Positions 27,504-36,750 of a stretch of DNA of 64,000 bases are shown piece after piece. The notes under the pieces were generated by a model that had not been told where the DNA came from, did no database searches, and saw nothing but the letters and a program-made list of their open reading frames with translations. The translations under genes were made by a program, and so were the position numbers. The DNA comes from Candidatus Eiseniibacteriota bacterium (GTDB lineage: Bacteria; Eisenbacteria; RBG-16-71-46): contig JBBRLX010000001.1 of NCBI GenBank assembly GCA_038231135.1, positions 203,956 through 267,955 of the forward strand. The letters run 5' to 3'. Position 1 is the first letter of the stretch, and the number at the start of each line of letters is the position of its first letter.

Positions 27504-28406
27504 CTAGCTGTTCGCCAGCTCCTCGGGCAGCGCGCGGTCGAGCGCCACGGTGCGGGCCTCGGTGATGCCGAGCACCGCGTCCTCGACCACGATGCCACGG
27601 ATCAGCTCGAACGGCACGAGCTCGAAGCACACGTTGCGCGGCAGCACGCCGCGCGGCGCCTCGGTCCACACTTCATCCGGGGACAGCTCCTGGATCTTGA
27701 GCGCCCCGGTCGACGCCGGCAGGAACTTGCGGCGGGTGGCGATCACGTAGACCGGCACCGAGTGCTCGCGCGCGGCGAGCGCCAGCGCGAACGAGCCGAC
27801 CTTGTTCACGACGCCGCGGTCGGTGATCGCGTCGGCGCCGATCCACACCATGCGTGCGCCCGACAGCAGCATCGGCAGCGCGGCGTCGACGACCAGCCAC
27901 ACCGGAATGCCGGCGGCGGCGAGCCCGGCCGCGAGGGCGCGGCCCTCGAACAGCGGCCGGCTCTCCGACAGCAGCACGCGCGGCGCGCGGTTCAGGCGCT
28001 TCGCGAGCAGCAGCGCATCGCGCACGGCGGAGCTGGCCGAGAGCGTGGCGACGAACGCGTCGGTTTCGTTCAGCAGCCCGACGGCCAGCTGCGCCGCGCC
28101 GAGCTGCGCGGCGGCGAGGTCCTCGCGCTCGCTGGCGCACGACTGGCTGAGCGACTGCCGCAACTCGGGCGCACCCACTTCGCGGGACACCCCGGCGTTC
28201 GCCACCTCGAGCGCCCGGGCCGCGAGCTGGTGAACGAGCGCCATGGTGGGCTGGGAGGCCTGGGCCGCGCGCAGCCACTCGTACAGCGCCTGGCGCAGCC
28301 CGGCGGCGGCGCGGGAGCGGTCGGTGGCGAGCCAGGTCTCGAGCTCGTCCAGGAATCGCATGGCGACGCCGGTCGAGCCGGACAAGTGGTCTTCGGCCAG
28401 GCTCAT
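27504..28406 (-). CDS. eIF-2B alpha/R15P-isomerase-family (IF-2B) protein
   Basis: QPTMA, ESRPLFEGR, GADAI, VVNKVGS, VPVYV..RKF, RNVCFE.VP. Confidence 0.85.
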   Translation of the reverse strand: MSLAEDHLSGSTGVAMRFLDELETWLATDRSRAAAGLRQALYEWLRAAQASQPTMALVHQLAARALEVANAGVSREVGAPELRQSLSQSCASEREDLAAAQLGAAQLAVGLLNETDAFVATLSASSAVRDALLLAKRLNRAPRVLLSESRPLFEGRALAAGLAAAGIPVWLVVDAALPMLLSGARMVWIGADAITDRGVVNKVGSFALALAAREHSVPVYVIATRRKFLPASTGALKIQELSPDEVWTEAPRGVLPRNVCFELVPFELIRGIVVEDAVLGITEARTVALDRALPEELANS

Positions 28407-28628
28407 GGACACTCCGGAAGCAGCGAATCTGGGCGCATGGCCGCATGGTAGCAGCTTCGTTGGCGGGGCCCGACGTGCCTGTGTTAACTTCGTCCGTTAC
28501 AAAACGTTCGAACGCCGGACCTCGGCTTCGACAACCCACTGCTGTCGTTTCGGCTGCGCCCCGTACGCCCGCCATGGGCCTTCGCGCATGGCCCGGGTGT
28601 CACCTTTCGCGTCCCGACCACGGAATCC

Positions 28629-31334
28629 ATGAACGTTTCCACGCCCGATCTGATCCAGCACCAGCTGCTGCCCCGGGTCTCCAAGCCCAACCGCTATCTC
28701 GGGAACGCGCTGCACGTCCCGCGCAAGCCGCTGGACGAGGCGTTGGTGCGGGTGCTGCTCGCGTTCCCGGATGCCTACGAGATCGGCCTGTCGAATCTGG
28801 GGATGCGGATCATCCACCACGTGCTCAACCAGCGCCCCGACACGGCCGCCGAGCTGACGTTCGCGCCGTGGCCGGACGCCGAGGCCGAGATGCGCCGCCT
28901 CGGCATCCCGCTGTTCTCGCTCGACTCGCACGCCACCGCCGACCGCTTCGACGTGATCGGGTTCTCGCTCCAGTACGAGCTCCAGTACACCAACGTGCTG
29001 ATGATGCTCGACCTGGCGGGACTGCCGTTGCGCACGCTGGATCGCGATGAGCGCCACGCGCTGGTGATCGCGGGCGGCGCCCAGGCGTTCAGCCCCGAGC
29101 CGATGGCGGAGTTCATCGACGCGTTCCTGGTGGGCGACGGCGAAGAGGTGATCCACCGCATCGTCGACGCCGTGCGCGACGCCAAGGCCGCGGGCGACTC
29201 GCGGGCACGGCTGCTGCGCACGCTCGCGCACGTTCCGGGCGTCTACGTGCCGTCGGGCTACGAGCTGCGCCACACCGCGGAGGGCTGGCTGGTGCCGGTC
29301 GCGCGGCCGGGCTTCCCGTCGCGCGTGAACTCGGCGTACGTGCGGCAACTCGACAGCGCGAACTATCCGGCGGCGCCGCTGCTGCCGGTGGGCGAGATCA
29401 CGCACGACCGGCTGTCGGTCGAGATCATGCGCGGCTGCACGCGCGGCTGCCGGTTCTGCCAGGCCGGGATGATCAACCGGCCGGTGCGCGAGAAGCCCGC
29501 CCAGCAGGTGGTGGAGGAGGTGCTGCGCGGCCTCGCCTCGACCGGGCTCGAAGAGGTCTCGCTGATCTCGCTGTCGACGACCGATCACACGCAGATCGTG
29601 GAACAGGTGGCGGCGCTGGCGGACGAGCTGTGCCCGACGCGGGTGCAGCTGTCGCTGCCGTCGACGCGCCCGGACAACGTGCCCACCGAAGTGGCGCGGC
29701 GCATCGCCGCCCAGAAGCAGGGCTCGATCACGCTGGCTCCGGAGGCCGGCAGCCAGCGCATGCGCGACGTCATCAACAAGAACCACACCGAGGAGGAGCT
29801 GCTCACGTCAGTCGCGACCGCGGCGCGCGAGGGCTACACCGGCGCCAAGCTGTACTTCATGTGCGGGCTGCCGGGCGAGCGCGACGACGACCTCGAGGCG
29901 ATCCTCGATCTGGGGCACAAGGCGTATCAGCGCGCGCGCGAAGTCGGCAACCGCGGGTTCCGGATCACGGTGAGCGTGTCGCCGCACGTGCCCAAGCCGC
30001 ACACGCCGTTCGCGTGGGCGGAGCAGGTCAGCACGGCCGAGCTCAACCGCCGCCTGGGCGTGCTGCGACAGGCCGCGCGCGGCAAGTCGGTGACGCTCAA
30101 GTACCGCGACGCCGAGACGTCGCTGCTCGAAGGCGTGTTCACCCGCGGCGACCGCCGGCTGTGCCTGGCCGTCGAGGAGGCGTACCGCCGCGGCTGCCGG
30201 TTCGACGCCTGGACGGAGCATCTGCGGTTCGCCACCTGGCTCGACGTGTTCCGTGACCTGGGGATGGATCCCGAGCGGCAGCTGATCGAGCGCTCGACCG
30301 AGCTCGAGCAGCCCTGGGACGTGATCCAGTCGCCGGTGACGAAGAAGTTCCTGGTGCGCGAGAAGCTGCGCGCCGACAAGGCGGCGATCACCGAGGACTG
30401 CCGGCTCGAAGACGTGTGCTTCTCGTGCGGCGTGGTCGAGTGCCCGCAGCGGCCGTGGGTCAAGCAGCCGCACGCGCCGCTCGACATCGCCGCGGCCCGC
30501 GCCGCGGTTGCCGCCGAATCGACGTTCGGCCGCCGCGGCCGGCGCGCGCATGCGCTGCCGTTGACGCCGCGCGCCTCCCGGTACGGTGGCGCCGGTCACG
30601 GGCTCGCCACCAGCACCCGGTTTCGCATCGTGTTTCGTAAGAGCGCGGAGATGCGGTTCACGTCGCATCTCGATCTCATGCGCACGTGGGAGCGCACGCT
30701 GCGCCGTTCGCAGCTGCCGCTTGCGTTCACCCAGGGGCATCACCCGCACCTCAAGATGTCGTTCGGGCCGCCGTTGCCGCTGGGATTTCGTTCACGGGCC
30801 GAAGCGTTCGACCTGGAGTTCTCGCAGCCGCCCGCGGTGGATCTCGCCGATCGGTTGAATGCGGTGCTGCCCGAGGGTCTCCAGGTGCTCGCGTTTCGTC
30901 CCATCCTGTTCAAGACGCCTTCGCTCATGAGTCAGCTCGACGGTGCGTCGTACCGGGTCCGCTTCCCGGCGTCGTATCTCGCCGAAGCCTGCATCGCCCC
31001 CGAGACGCTCGGGGACCGGCTGCACGCGGCGGTCTCGGAGCTGCTCGCCCGGGAGCACGTGATCGTGCGCCGGCAGAGCGAGGGCCAGACCCGCGAATTC
31101 GATGCCCGACCCTCGATTGCCGCAGTCGAAGTGACCGAAGAGGACGGCCGTCCCGCGCTCGACATGCACCTCCGCTTCACGGTGCGTGCCCAGGCGCGGC
31201 CGGACGACGTGATCGCCCTGCTGATCCCCGCGGCGGATTCCCGCACGACCGATGTCGAGCGGATGATGCTGTGGGTGGAGGCGTCCGGGCGGCGCCTCGA
31301 TCCTCTCGAGCTGCTCGGCATGCGCACGACATGA
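28629..31334 (+). CDS. B12-binding radical SAM protein (TIGR03960-like) fused to a radical-SAM-linked DUF2344/TIGR03936-like domain
   Basis: KPNRYLG, FPDAYEIG.SN, RGCTRGCRFCQAG (CxxxCxxC), APEAGSQRMR, then FTSHLD..R and FTQGHHPH.K.SFG..LPLG. Confidence 0.88.
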   Translation: MNVSTPDLIQHQLLPRVSKPNRYLGNALHVPRKPLDEALVRVLLAFPDAYEIGLSNLGMRIIHHVLNQRPDTAAELTFAPWPDAEAEMRRLGIPLFSLDSHATADRFDVIGFSLQYELQYTNVLMMLDLAGLPLRTLDRDERHALVIAGGAQAFSPEPMAEFIDAFLVGDGEEVIHRIVDAVRDAKAAGDSRARLLRTLAHVPGVYVPSGYELRHTAEGWLVPVARPGFPSRVNSAYVRQLDSANYPAAPLLPVGEITHDRLSVEIMRGCTRGCRFCQAGMINRPVREKPAQQVVEEVLRGLASTGLEEVSLISLSTTDHTQIVEQVAALADELCPTRVQLSLPSTRPDNVPTEVARRIAAQKQGSITLAPEAGSQRMRDVINKNHTEEELLTSVATAAREGYTGAKLYFMCGLPGERDDDLEAILDLGHKAYQRAREVGNRGFRITVSVSPHVPKPHTPFAWAEQVSTAELNRRLGVLRQAARGKSVTLKYRDAETSLLEGVFTRGDRRLCLAVEEAYRRGCRFDAWTEHLRFATWLDVFRDLGMDPERQLIERSTELEQPWDVIQSPVTKKFLVREKLRADKAAITEDCRLEDVCFSCGVVECPQRPWVKQPHAPLDIAAARAAVAAESTFGRRGRRAHALPLTPRASRYGGAGHGLATSTRFRIVFRKSAEMRFTSHLDLMRTWERTLRRSQLPLAFTQGHHPHLKMSFGPPLPLGFRSRAEAFDLEFSQPPAVDLADRLNAVLPEGLQVLAFRPILFKTPSLMSQLDGASYRVRFPASYLAEACIAPETLGDRLHAAVSELLAREHVIVRRQSEGQTREFDARPSIAAVEVTEEDGRPALDMHLRFTVRAQARPDDVIALLIPAADSRTTDVERMMLWVEASGRRLDPLELLGMRTT

Positions 31335-31383
31335 CGTCGAATCGCGGACCATCGGCGGCTCCCGCCGCCTGAAGGATCCCTTC

Positions 31384-32931
31384 GTGAAACAACGAATCGT
31401 CATCAACGCCGATTCCTACGAGACCCGCATCGCGATTCTCGAGGAGGGCGAACTGGCCGAGTTGTTCGTGGAGCGCGCGGAGCAGCGCCGCCACGTGGGC
31501 GACATCTACAAGGGCCGCGTCAACGCGGTGCTCCCCGGCATGCAGGCGGCGTTCGTCGACCTCGGGCTGACGAAGACCGGGTTCCTGCACGCCTCCGATC
31601 TCGCCGAGTCGCTGAACGAGCTCGAGGACATCTCCGATCTCGAGGAGAACGGCGACCGCCACCGGCGCCGCCGCGCTCCCGTCCCGAAGATCGAGGACCA
31701 TCTCAAGAAGGGCCAGGAGATCCTGGTCCAGATCACCAAGGAGTCGATCGGCACCAAGGGGCCGCGCGTCACCCAGCAGCTCAGCCTGCCGGGGCGGTTC
31801 TGCGTGCTGATGCCCGGCGTGGAGCACGTCGGAGTGTCCCGGCGCATCGAGGACCGGGCCGAGCGCCAGCGCATCAAGGCGATCATCAACGATCTCAAGC
31901 CCAAGGGCGTGGGACTGATCGCCCGCACCGCCGGCGAGGGCAAGGGCGATCCCGACTTCGACGCCGACGTGAAGCACCTGACGCGGCTGTGGCAGAAGCT
32001 CGACCGCAAGGCGGCGTCGGTGCGCGCGCCCGCGCTCGTGCACCGCGAGCTCGAAATGACTGCGAGCCTGATCCGCGACCTGTTCACCGACGACGTGGAA
32101 GAGGTGTGGATCGACGACAAGGACTCGTTCGCCGAGATCCAGAGCTACCTCAAGGCCGTGTCGCCCGAGCTGCGGGACCGGGTCCAGCTCTACAAGGGCA
32201 CCGATCCGATCTTCGACGCGTTCGAGATCGAGCCCCAGATCGAGAAGACGTTCGAGCGCAAGGTGTGGCTCAAGAAGGGCGGCTACATCTGCATCGACCA
32301 CACCGAGGCGCTGGTGGCGGTCGACGTGAACACCGGCCGGTTCACCGGCAAGAAGAACCAGGAGGAGACGATCTTCCGCACCAACATGGAGGCCGCGAAG
32401 GAGGTGCCGCGCCAGCTCAGGCTGCGCGACATCGGCGGCATCATCGTGGTCGACTTCATCGATATGGAGATCGAGGCGAACAAGCGCGCGGTGCTCGAGG
32501 AGATCCGCAACGAGCTGCGCAAGGATCGCGCGCGCACCAAGGCGTTCGCCGTGTCGGACCTGGGACTGATCGAGATGACGCGCCAGCGCGAGCGCTCGAG
32601 CCTGCTGCACTATTATACCGAGGACTGCCCCCACTGCGGCGGCCTGGGCAAGGTGCCGTCGCCCGAGACGATGCTGGTCAAGCTCGAGCGGCTGATGCGC
32701 CGGGTGCGCGCGATGGGCACCGAGAAGCGCATCACCGTGAAGGTGGCGCCCGAGATCGCGCTGTTCTTCGTCGAGCAGGAGGGCCGGCGGTTCGCCGAGC
32801 TGGAGAAGCGCTTCCGGCTGCAGGTCGACCTCAAGGACGACCCCCAGCTCAAGCGCGGCGAGATGAAGGTGTACACCGAGAAGAAGCTCGACATCTCGAA
32901 GCAGGTGGTGGGGGCGGTGCCCGGCACGTAA
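31384..32931 (+). CDS. rng: Ribonuclease E/G family
   Basis: GDIYKGRV..VLPGMQAAFVD, DVNTG, LRLRDIGGIIVVDFIDM, CPHCGG.G. Confidence 0.93.
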   Translation: MKQRIVINADSYETRIAILEEGELAELFVERAEQRRHVGDIYKGRVNAVLPGMQAAFVDLGLTKTGFLHASDLAESLNELEDISDLEENGDRHRRRRAPVPKIEDHLKKGQEILVQITKESIGTKGPRVTQQLSLPGRFCVLMPGVEHVGVSRRIEDRAERQRIKAIINDLKPKGVGLIARTAGEGKGDPDFDADVKHLTRLWQKLDRKAASVRAPALVHRELEMTASLIRDLFTDDVEEVWIDDKDSFAEIQSYLKAVSPELRDRVQLYKGTDPIFDAFEIEPQIEKTFERKVWLKKGGYICIDHTEALVAVDVNTGRFTGKKNQEETIFRTNMEAAKEVPRQLRLRDIGGIIVVDFIDMEIEANKRAVLEEIRNELRKDRARTKAFAVSDLGLIEMTRQRERSSLLHYYTEDCPHCGGLGKVPSPETMLVKLERLMRRVRAMGTEKRITVKVAPEIALFFVEQEGRRFAELEKRFRLQVDLKDDPQLKRGEMKVYTEKKLDISKQVVGAVPGT

Positions 32932-32982
32932 TCGCCGAAGGCGTACCTTGGGCCCTGGCCCGTGCCGGCGTCGGCCGCGCGG

Positions 32983-33561
32983 CTACGACATGATCTTGCG
33001 GAAGCTCAGCGGCCGCTGCAGCCGCTCGAATCCCGTGCGCGCGGGCTGGTCCATCTCGGCGATCACGCGCTCGAGGTGGCGCATGTTGTTCATGTCGTCC
33101 ACCACGTTCTGGTTCGGCGGCTGCGTCTGCACGAGCATCACGAGCCGCACGGAGCTGCGCAGGTAGTTCCAGACCTCGCCGGCGGCGCGCGACGGCGGAT
33201 AGCCCGGCAGGATCACGACCACGTCGGATTCCTCCGGCACCTGCGCCAGCGACGACACTGCGTTGATGTCCGCGGGCCAGCCGTCCAGCGACAGCACCAC
33301 GTGCGAGAGGCCGCGCACCTGCGTCAGGTCGTTCACCTCGGACACGTTCGGCACGTGCGAGAAATGCACCGTGGTCCCGATGCGCATGTCGGTGCGGTCC
33401 AGCAGCAGCGGCACCCCCGTGGCGGAGCCCTTCGTGGCCGGGGTGGAGTCGGCGCCGGGCTGCGCTCCCAGCCGGGATCCGTTCGCCATGCAGCCCACCG
33501 TCAGCCCGGCGGCGAACACCGCCGCGATCTTCCACGCGTTGCCCTGGTTCATGCGGTTCAT
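32983..33561 (-). CDS. Hypothetical exported protein or lipoprotein
   Basis: Coherent ORF with GC3-rich codons; signal-like N-terminus with LTVGC. Confidence 0.7.
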   Translation of the reverse strand: MNRMNQGNAWKIAAVFAAGLTVGCMANGSRLGAQPGADSTPATKGSATGVPLLLDRTDMRIGTTVHFSHVPNVSEVNDLTQVRGLSHVVLSLDGWPADINAVSSLAQVPEESDVVVILPGYPPSRAAGEVWNYLRSSVRLVMLVQTQPPNQNVVDDMNNMRHLERVIAEMDQPARTGFERLQRPLSFRKIMS

Positions 33562-33652
33562 GGCGGAGCACTCCGATGCCGGCCGGATCGCGCAGGCACC
33601 CCCTGCGCTTTACCCCCGGCGGCTCACCGCCACCCGGAGCACGAGCCCCACT

Positions 33653-33985
33653 CTACTGCAGCTGCACCTCACGGGCGGTGGTGGTGGAATCCGCGCGCGC
33701 CAGCAGCCCGCCGGGGCGCGCTGCGTAACGGCGCGGCGCGCCCCGCGGCGGGGTGCGGTCAAGTCCGGGCGCGACCGCGAGGTCGAGATGCCCGGTGGGG
33801 GTCAGGAGCGGACCCGAGTCGGCCTGCATCCGCTCGAGACGGGGTCCGCCATGCGGCGGCTGGATTGTGGGGTGCGGCCGCGCGTCATGGGCGACGGGGC
33901 CCACGAGCTCGTGGCTCATCGGGATGCAGAGCACGAACACCGCGAAACAAAAGCATGGGAATGGCGGCAGGATGGCGCGGCGCAT
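33653..33985 (-). CDS. Possible small secreted hypothetical protein
   Basis: Fills an otherwise empty gap; hydrophobic N-terminal stretch FCFAVFVLCIP; no recognisable family. Confidence 0.3.
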   Translation of the reverse strand: MRRAILPPFPCFCFAVFVLCIPMSHELVGPVAHDARPHPTIQPPHGGPRLERMQADSGPLLTPTGHLDLAVAPGLDRTPPRGAPRRYAARPGGLLARADSTTTAREVQLQ

Positions 33986-34259
33986 GGTGGCGGACTCGAT
34001 GTCGGGGCAAGGAACACAGTTCTGGCGCCATCCTGCTACGTTCTGCGCCGGCGTTCAAGAGTGTAAACGAACGTAAACCCGGGTTTTTTTCGTGAGGTTT
34101 AGCCGCATCGAACGCTCGTGAACCCCGACCGCATTTGACTGCGCTCGCGCGGGCGTGTTACAAACCACGGTCACTATTCCTCTGGCCTCCGGTAGGTGCC
34201 GTCCTGCGGCGATTCCGGGCGGCTCCAAACCGCAAAGCCCCAAGATTCGGAGTGTTGGC

Positions 34260-34571
34260 GTGTACGCCATCGTGAACATCAATGGAATTCAGACCCGGGT
34301 CACCCCGGACGAAGTCGTCTCGGTGGCGCGGCTCACCGGTGACATCGGTCAGCAGCTCACGTTCGACAGCGTGCTGCTGCTGGCGGACGGCGACTCGATC
34401 ACCGTCGGCCAGCCGTACGTGAAGGGCGCCAGCATGGTCGCGGAAGTCGTCGATCACATGCGCGGCCCCAAGCTCAAGATCTTCAAGTTCAAACGCCGCC
34501 GGGAATATCGCCGTCGCAAGGGTCACCGCGACGAGCTCACGCGCATCCGCGTGACCGCGATCCAGGTCTAG
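34260..34571 (+). CDS. rplU: 50S ribosomal protein L21
   Basis: [31 protein letters not shown]. Confidence 0.96.
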   Translation: MYAIVNINGIQTRVTPDEVVSVARLTGDIGQQLTFDSVLLLADGDSITVGQPYVKGASMVAEVVDHMRGPKLKIFKFKRRREYRRRKGHRDELTRIRVTAIQV

Positions 34572-34590
34572 GGGCACACGGGAGCAAGTC

Positions 34591-34860
34591 ATGGCTCATA
34601 AAAAAGGTCAGTCCTCGTCCAAGAACGGCCGCGAATCGAACGCGCAGCGGCTCGGCGTCAAGCGCTTCGGCGGCGAGCGTGTGCCGGCGGGTTCGATCAT
34701 CGTCCGCCAGCGCGGCACCCGGTTCTTTCCGGGCACCAACGTCGGCCGCGGCAAGGACGACACGCTGTTCGCCATGATCGACGGCGAGGTGAAGTTCGTG
34801 CGCTACAAGGGCACGCGCAAGAAGGTTCATGTCATCGCGGTCGAATCCTCGCTGAACTGA
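34591..34860 (+). CDS. rpmA: 50S ribosomal protein L27
   Basis: [34 protein letters not shown]. Confidence 0.98.
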   Translation: MAHKKGQSSSKNGRESNAQRLGVKRFGGERVPAGSIIVRQRGTRFFPGTNVGRGKDDTLFAMIDGEVKFVRYKGTRKKVHVIAVESSLN

Positions 34861-34876
34861 ATCACGGGGTTCCGCG

Positions 34877-34920
34877 AACGCCACGTCGCCGCGACCTGGT
34901 CGCAGTGACGTGGCGTTTGT
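34877..34920 (+). terminator. Terminator after rpmA
   Basis: AACGCCACGTC…GACGTGGCGTT stem followed by TGT. Confidence 0.7.
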
Positions 34921-35019
34921 CATGACCGGGAGTTCGAACATTCGAGCCGCCGCTCGGGCGGTCCGACACCACTACGTTCCGGCGCCGCGATTCCGAGCCG
35001 GCACCGGTCGCCAGGGAGG

Positions 35020-35964
35020 ATGCCAGTGAAGAACAGAGTCGCGGTCATCGGAGCGGGCAACGTCGGCGCCAGCACGGCGCTGTACATCGCCGAACGCGGG
35101 CTCGCGGACGTGGTGCTGATCGATCGTCCCGAGCTGGACGGCATGCCGCAGGGCAAGGCGCTCGACATGCAGCAATCGTCGCCGCTGTGGCGCACGGGCG
35201 GCAGCATCACCGGCGCCACGGACCTCGCCGCGGTCAAGGGCGCGAACGTGGTGGTGATGACCGCCGGCTTCCCGCGCAAGCCGGGCATGTCGCGCAGCGA
35301 CCTGCTGAAGGCGAACGCCGACATCATCCGGCCGGCGGCGGAGGCGGTGAAGCAGCACGCGCCCAACGCGTTCGTCGTCGTGGTCACGAACCCGCTCGAC
35401 GTGATGGCGCACCTGTTCTGGAAGACCACCGGGTTCCCCAAGCACCGCGTGATCGGCATGGCCGGCATCCTCGACAGCGCGCGGTTCCGCGCGTTCCTCG
35501 CCATGGAGCTCGGCGTGTCGGCCGCGGACGTGCAGGCGATGGTGCTCGGCGGCCACGGCGATTCCATGGTGCCGCTGCCGCGCTACACCACGGTCGGCGG
35601 CATCGCGGTGACCGAGCTGATCCCGGCGGACCGGCTGAACGCGATCATCCAGCGCACCCGCGACGGTGGCGCCGAGATCGTGAAGCTGCTGAAGACCGGT
35701 TCGGCGTACTACGCGCCGGCGATGTCCGCGGTCGAGATGGTCGCGGCGCTGCTCACCGACCAGAAGCGCCTGGTGCCGTGCTCGGTGCTGCTCGATGGCC
35801 AGTACGGGCTGCGCGACCTGTTCATCGGCGTGCCGGTCGTGATCGGCGGCAACGGCATCGAGAAGGTGATCGAGCTCAAGCTGTCGGCCGAGGAGACCGC
35901 GGCGCTCCACAAGAGCGGCAAGGACGTGGCGGACATGATCGCGGAGCTCGCGGTCGGAGTGTGA
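35020..35964 (+). CDS. mdh: Malate dehydrogenase (LDH-like)
   Basis: GAGNVG, GKALD, PRKPGMSRSDL, NPLD, LDSARF, GGHGD. Confidence 0.96.
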   Translation: MPVKNRVAVIGAGNVGASTALYIAERGLADVVLIDRPELDGMPQGKALDMQQSSPLWRTGGSITGATDLAAVKGANVVVMTAGFPRKPGMSRSDLLKANADIIRPAAEAVKQHAPNAFVVVVTNPLDVMAHLFWKTTGFPKHRVIGMAGILDSARFRAFLAMELGVSAADVQAMVLGGHGDSMVPLPRYTTVGGIAVTELIPADRLNAIIQRTRDGGAEIVKLLKTGSAYYAPAMSAVEMVAALLTDQKRLVPCSVLLDGQYGLRDLFIGVPVVIGGNGIEKVIELKLSAEETAALHKSGKDVADMIAELAVGV

Positions 35965-36707
35965 ACGTACCGGGCCTCGATCCGCGCGCCGTGCTGGGCG
36001 TCATCCCCGCCCGGTACGGCGCGTCCCGGTTTCCGGGCAAGCCGCTGGCGACGCTGTGGGGCAAGCCGATGCTGCAGCACGTGTGGGAGCGCGCCCGCAA
36101 CGCCCGCGGCATCGACGAGCTGGTGATTGCGACCGACGACGCGCGCATCGCGTCCGCGGCGCGCGGCTTCGGCGCCGACGTGGCGATGACCTCGGCGGCG
36201 TGCGCGAGCGGCACCGACCGCGTGGCCGAGGTGGCGCGGCAGCGGCCGCACCTGGGGCTCGTGCTCAATCTCCAGGGCGACGAACCGGAGCTCGAGACCG
36301 CCGCCGTCACGCGGCTCGTGGAGGTGATGCGCGCGGACCCGGCGCTGCGCATGGGAACGATCGCGCATCACGAGCCGGATCTGGCTCAGCTGGCGTCGGA
36401 ACACGTGGTGAAGGTGGTGGTGGACGCCGGCGGGTGTGCGCTCTACTTTAGCCGGGCGGATCTGGCCCAGGCCTCGCGCGGCGGGCCCGCGTTGCGCCAT
36501 GCCGGCGTGTATGCGTTCCGGCGTGAGCTGCTGCTCGAATTCGCCGCCTGGCCGCCGGGGGCGCTGGAGCTGGCGGAGCGGCTCGAGCAGTTGCGCGCGG
36601 TCGAGCGCGGCGTGCGCATCCGGGTGGTGGTGGGGGAGCGGCCGTTCGCCGGAGTCGATACACCGGAGCAGCTCGCGGCGCTGGAATTGCGCGGCCCGCG
36701 CGGCTGA
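35961..36707 (+). CDS. kdsB: CMP-KDO synthetase
   Basis: IPARYGASRFPGKPL, SGTDR, NLQGDEP, LEQLR, GVDTPE. Confidence 0.93.
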   Translation: MNVPGLDPRAVLGVIPARYGASRFPGKPLATLWGKPMLQHVWERARNARGIDELVIATDDARIASAARGFGADVAMTSAACASGTDRVAEVARQRPHLGLVLNLQGDEPELETAAVTRLVEVMRADPALRMGTIAHHEPDLAQLASEHVVKVVVDAGGCALYFSRADLAQASRGGPALRHAGVYAFRRELLLEFAAWPPGALELAERLEQLRAVERGVRIRVVVGERPFAGVDTPEQLAALELRGPRG

Positions 36708-36750
36708 GCAGGGATGCCTACCGGCAGCAATCCGCGAAGGGGTTGAACGC

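Noticed and set aside
34180..34259. L21 leader RNA upstream of rplU
   Set aside because: Plausible by position, but I could not match a known structure by eye; needs an Rfam search.
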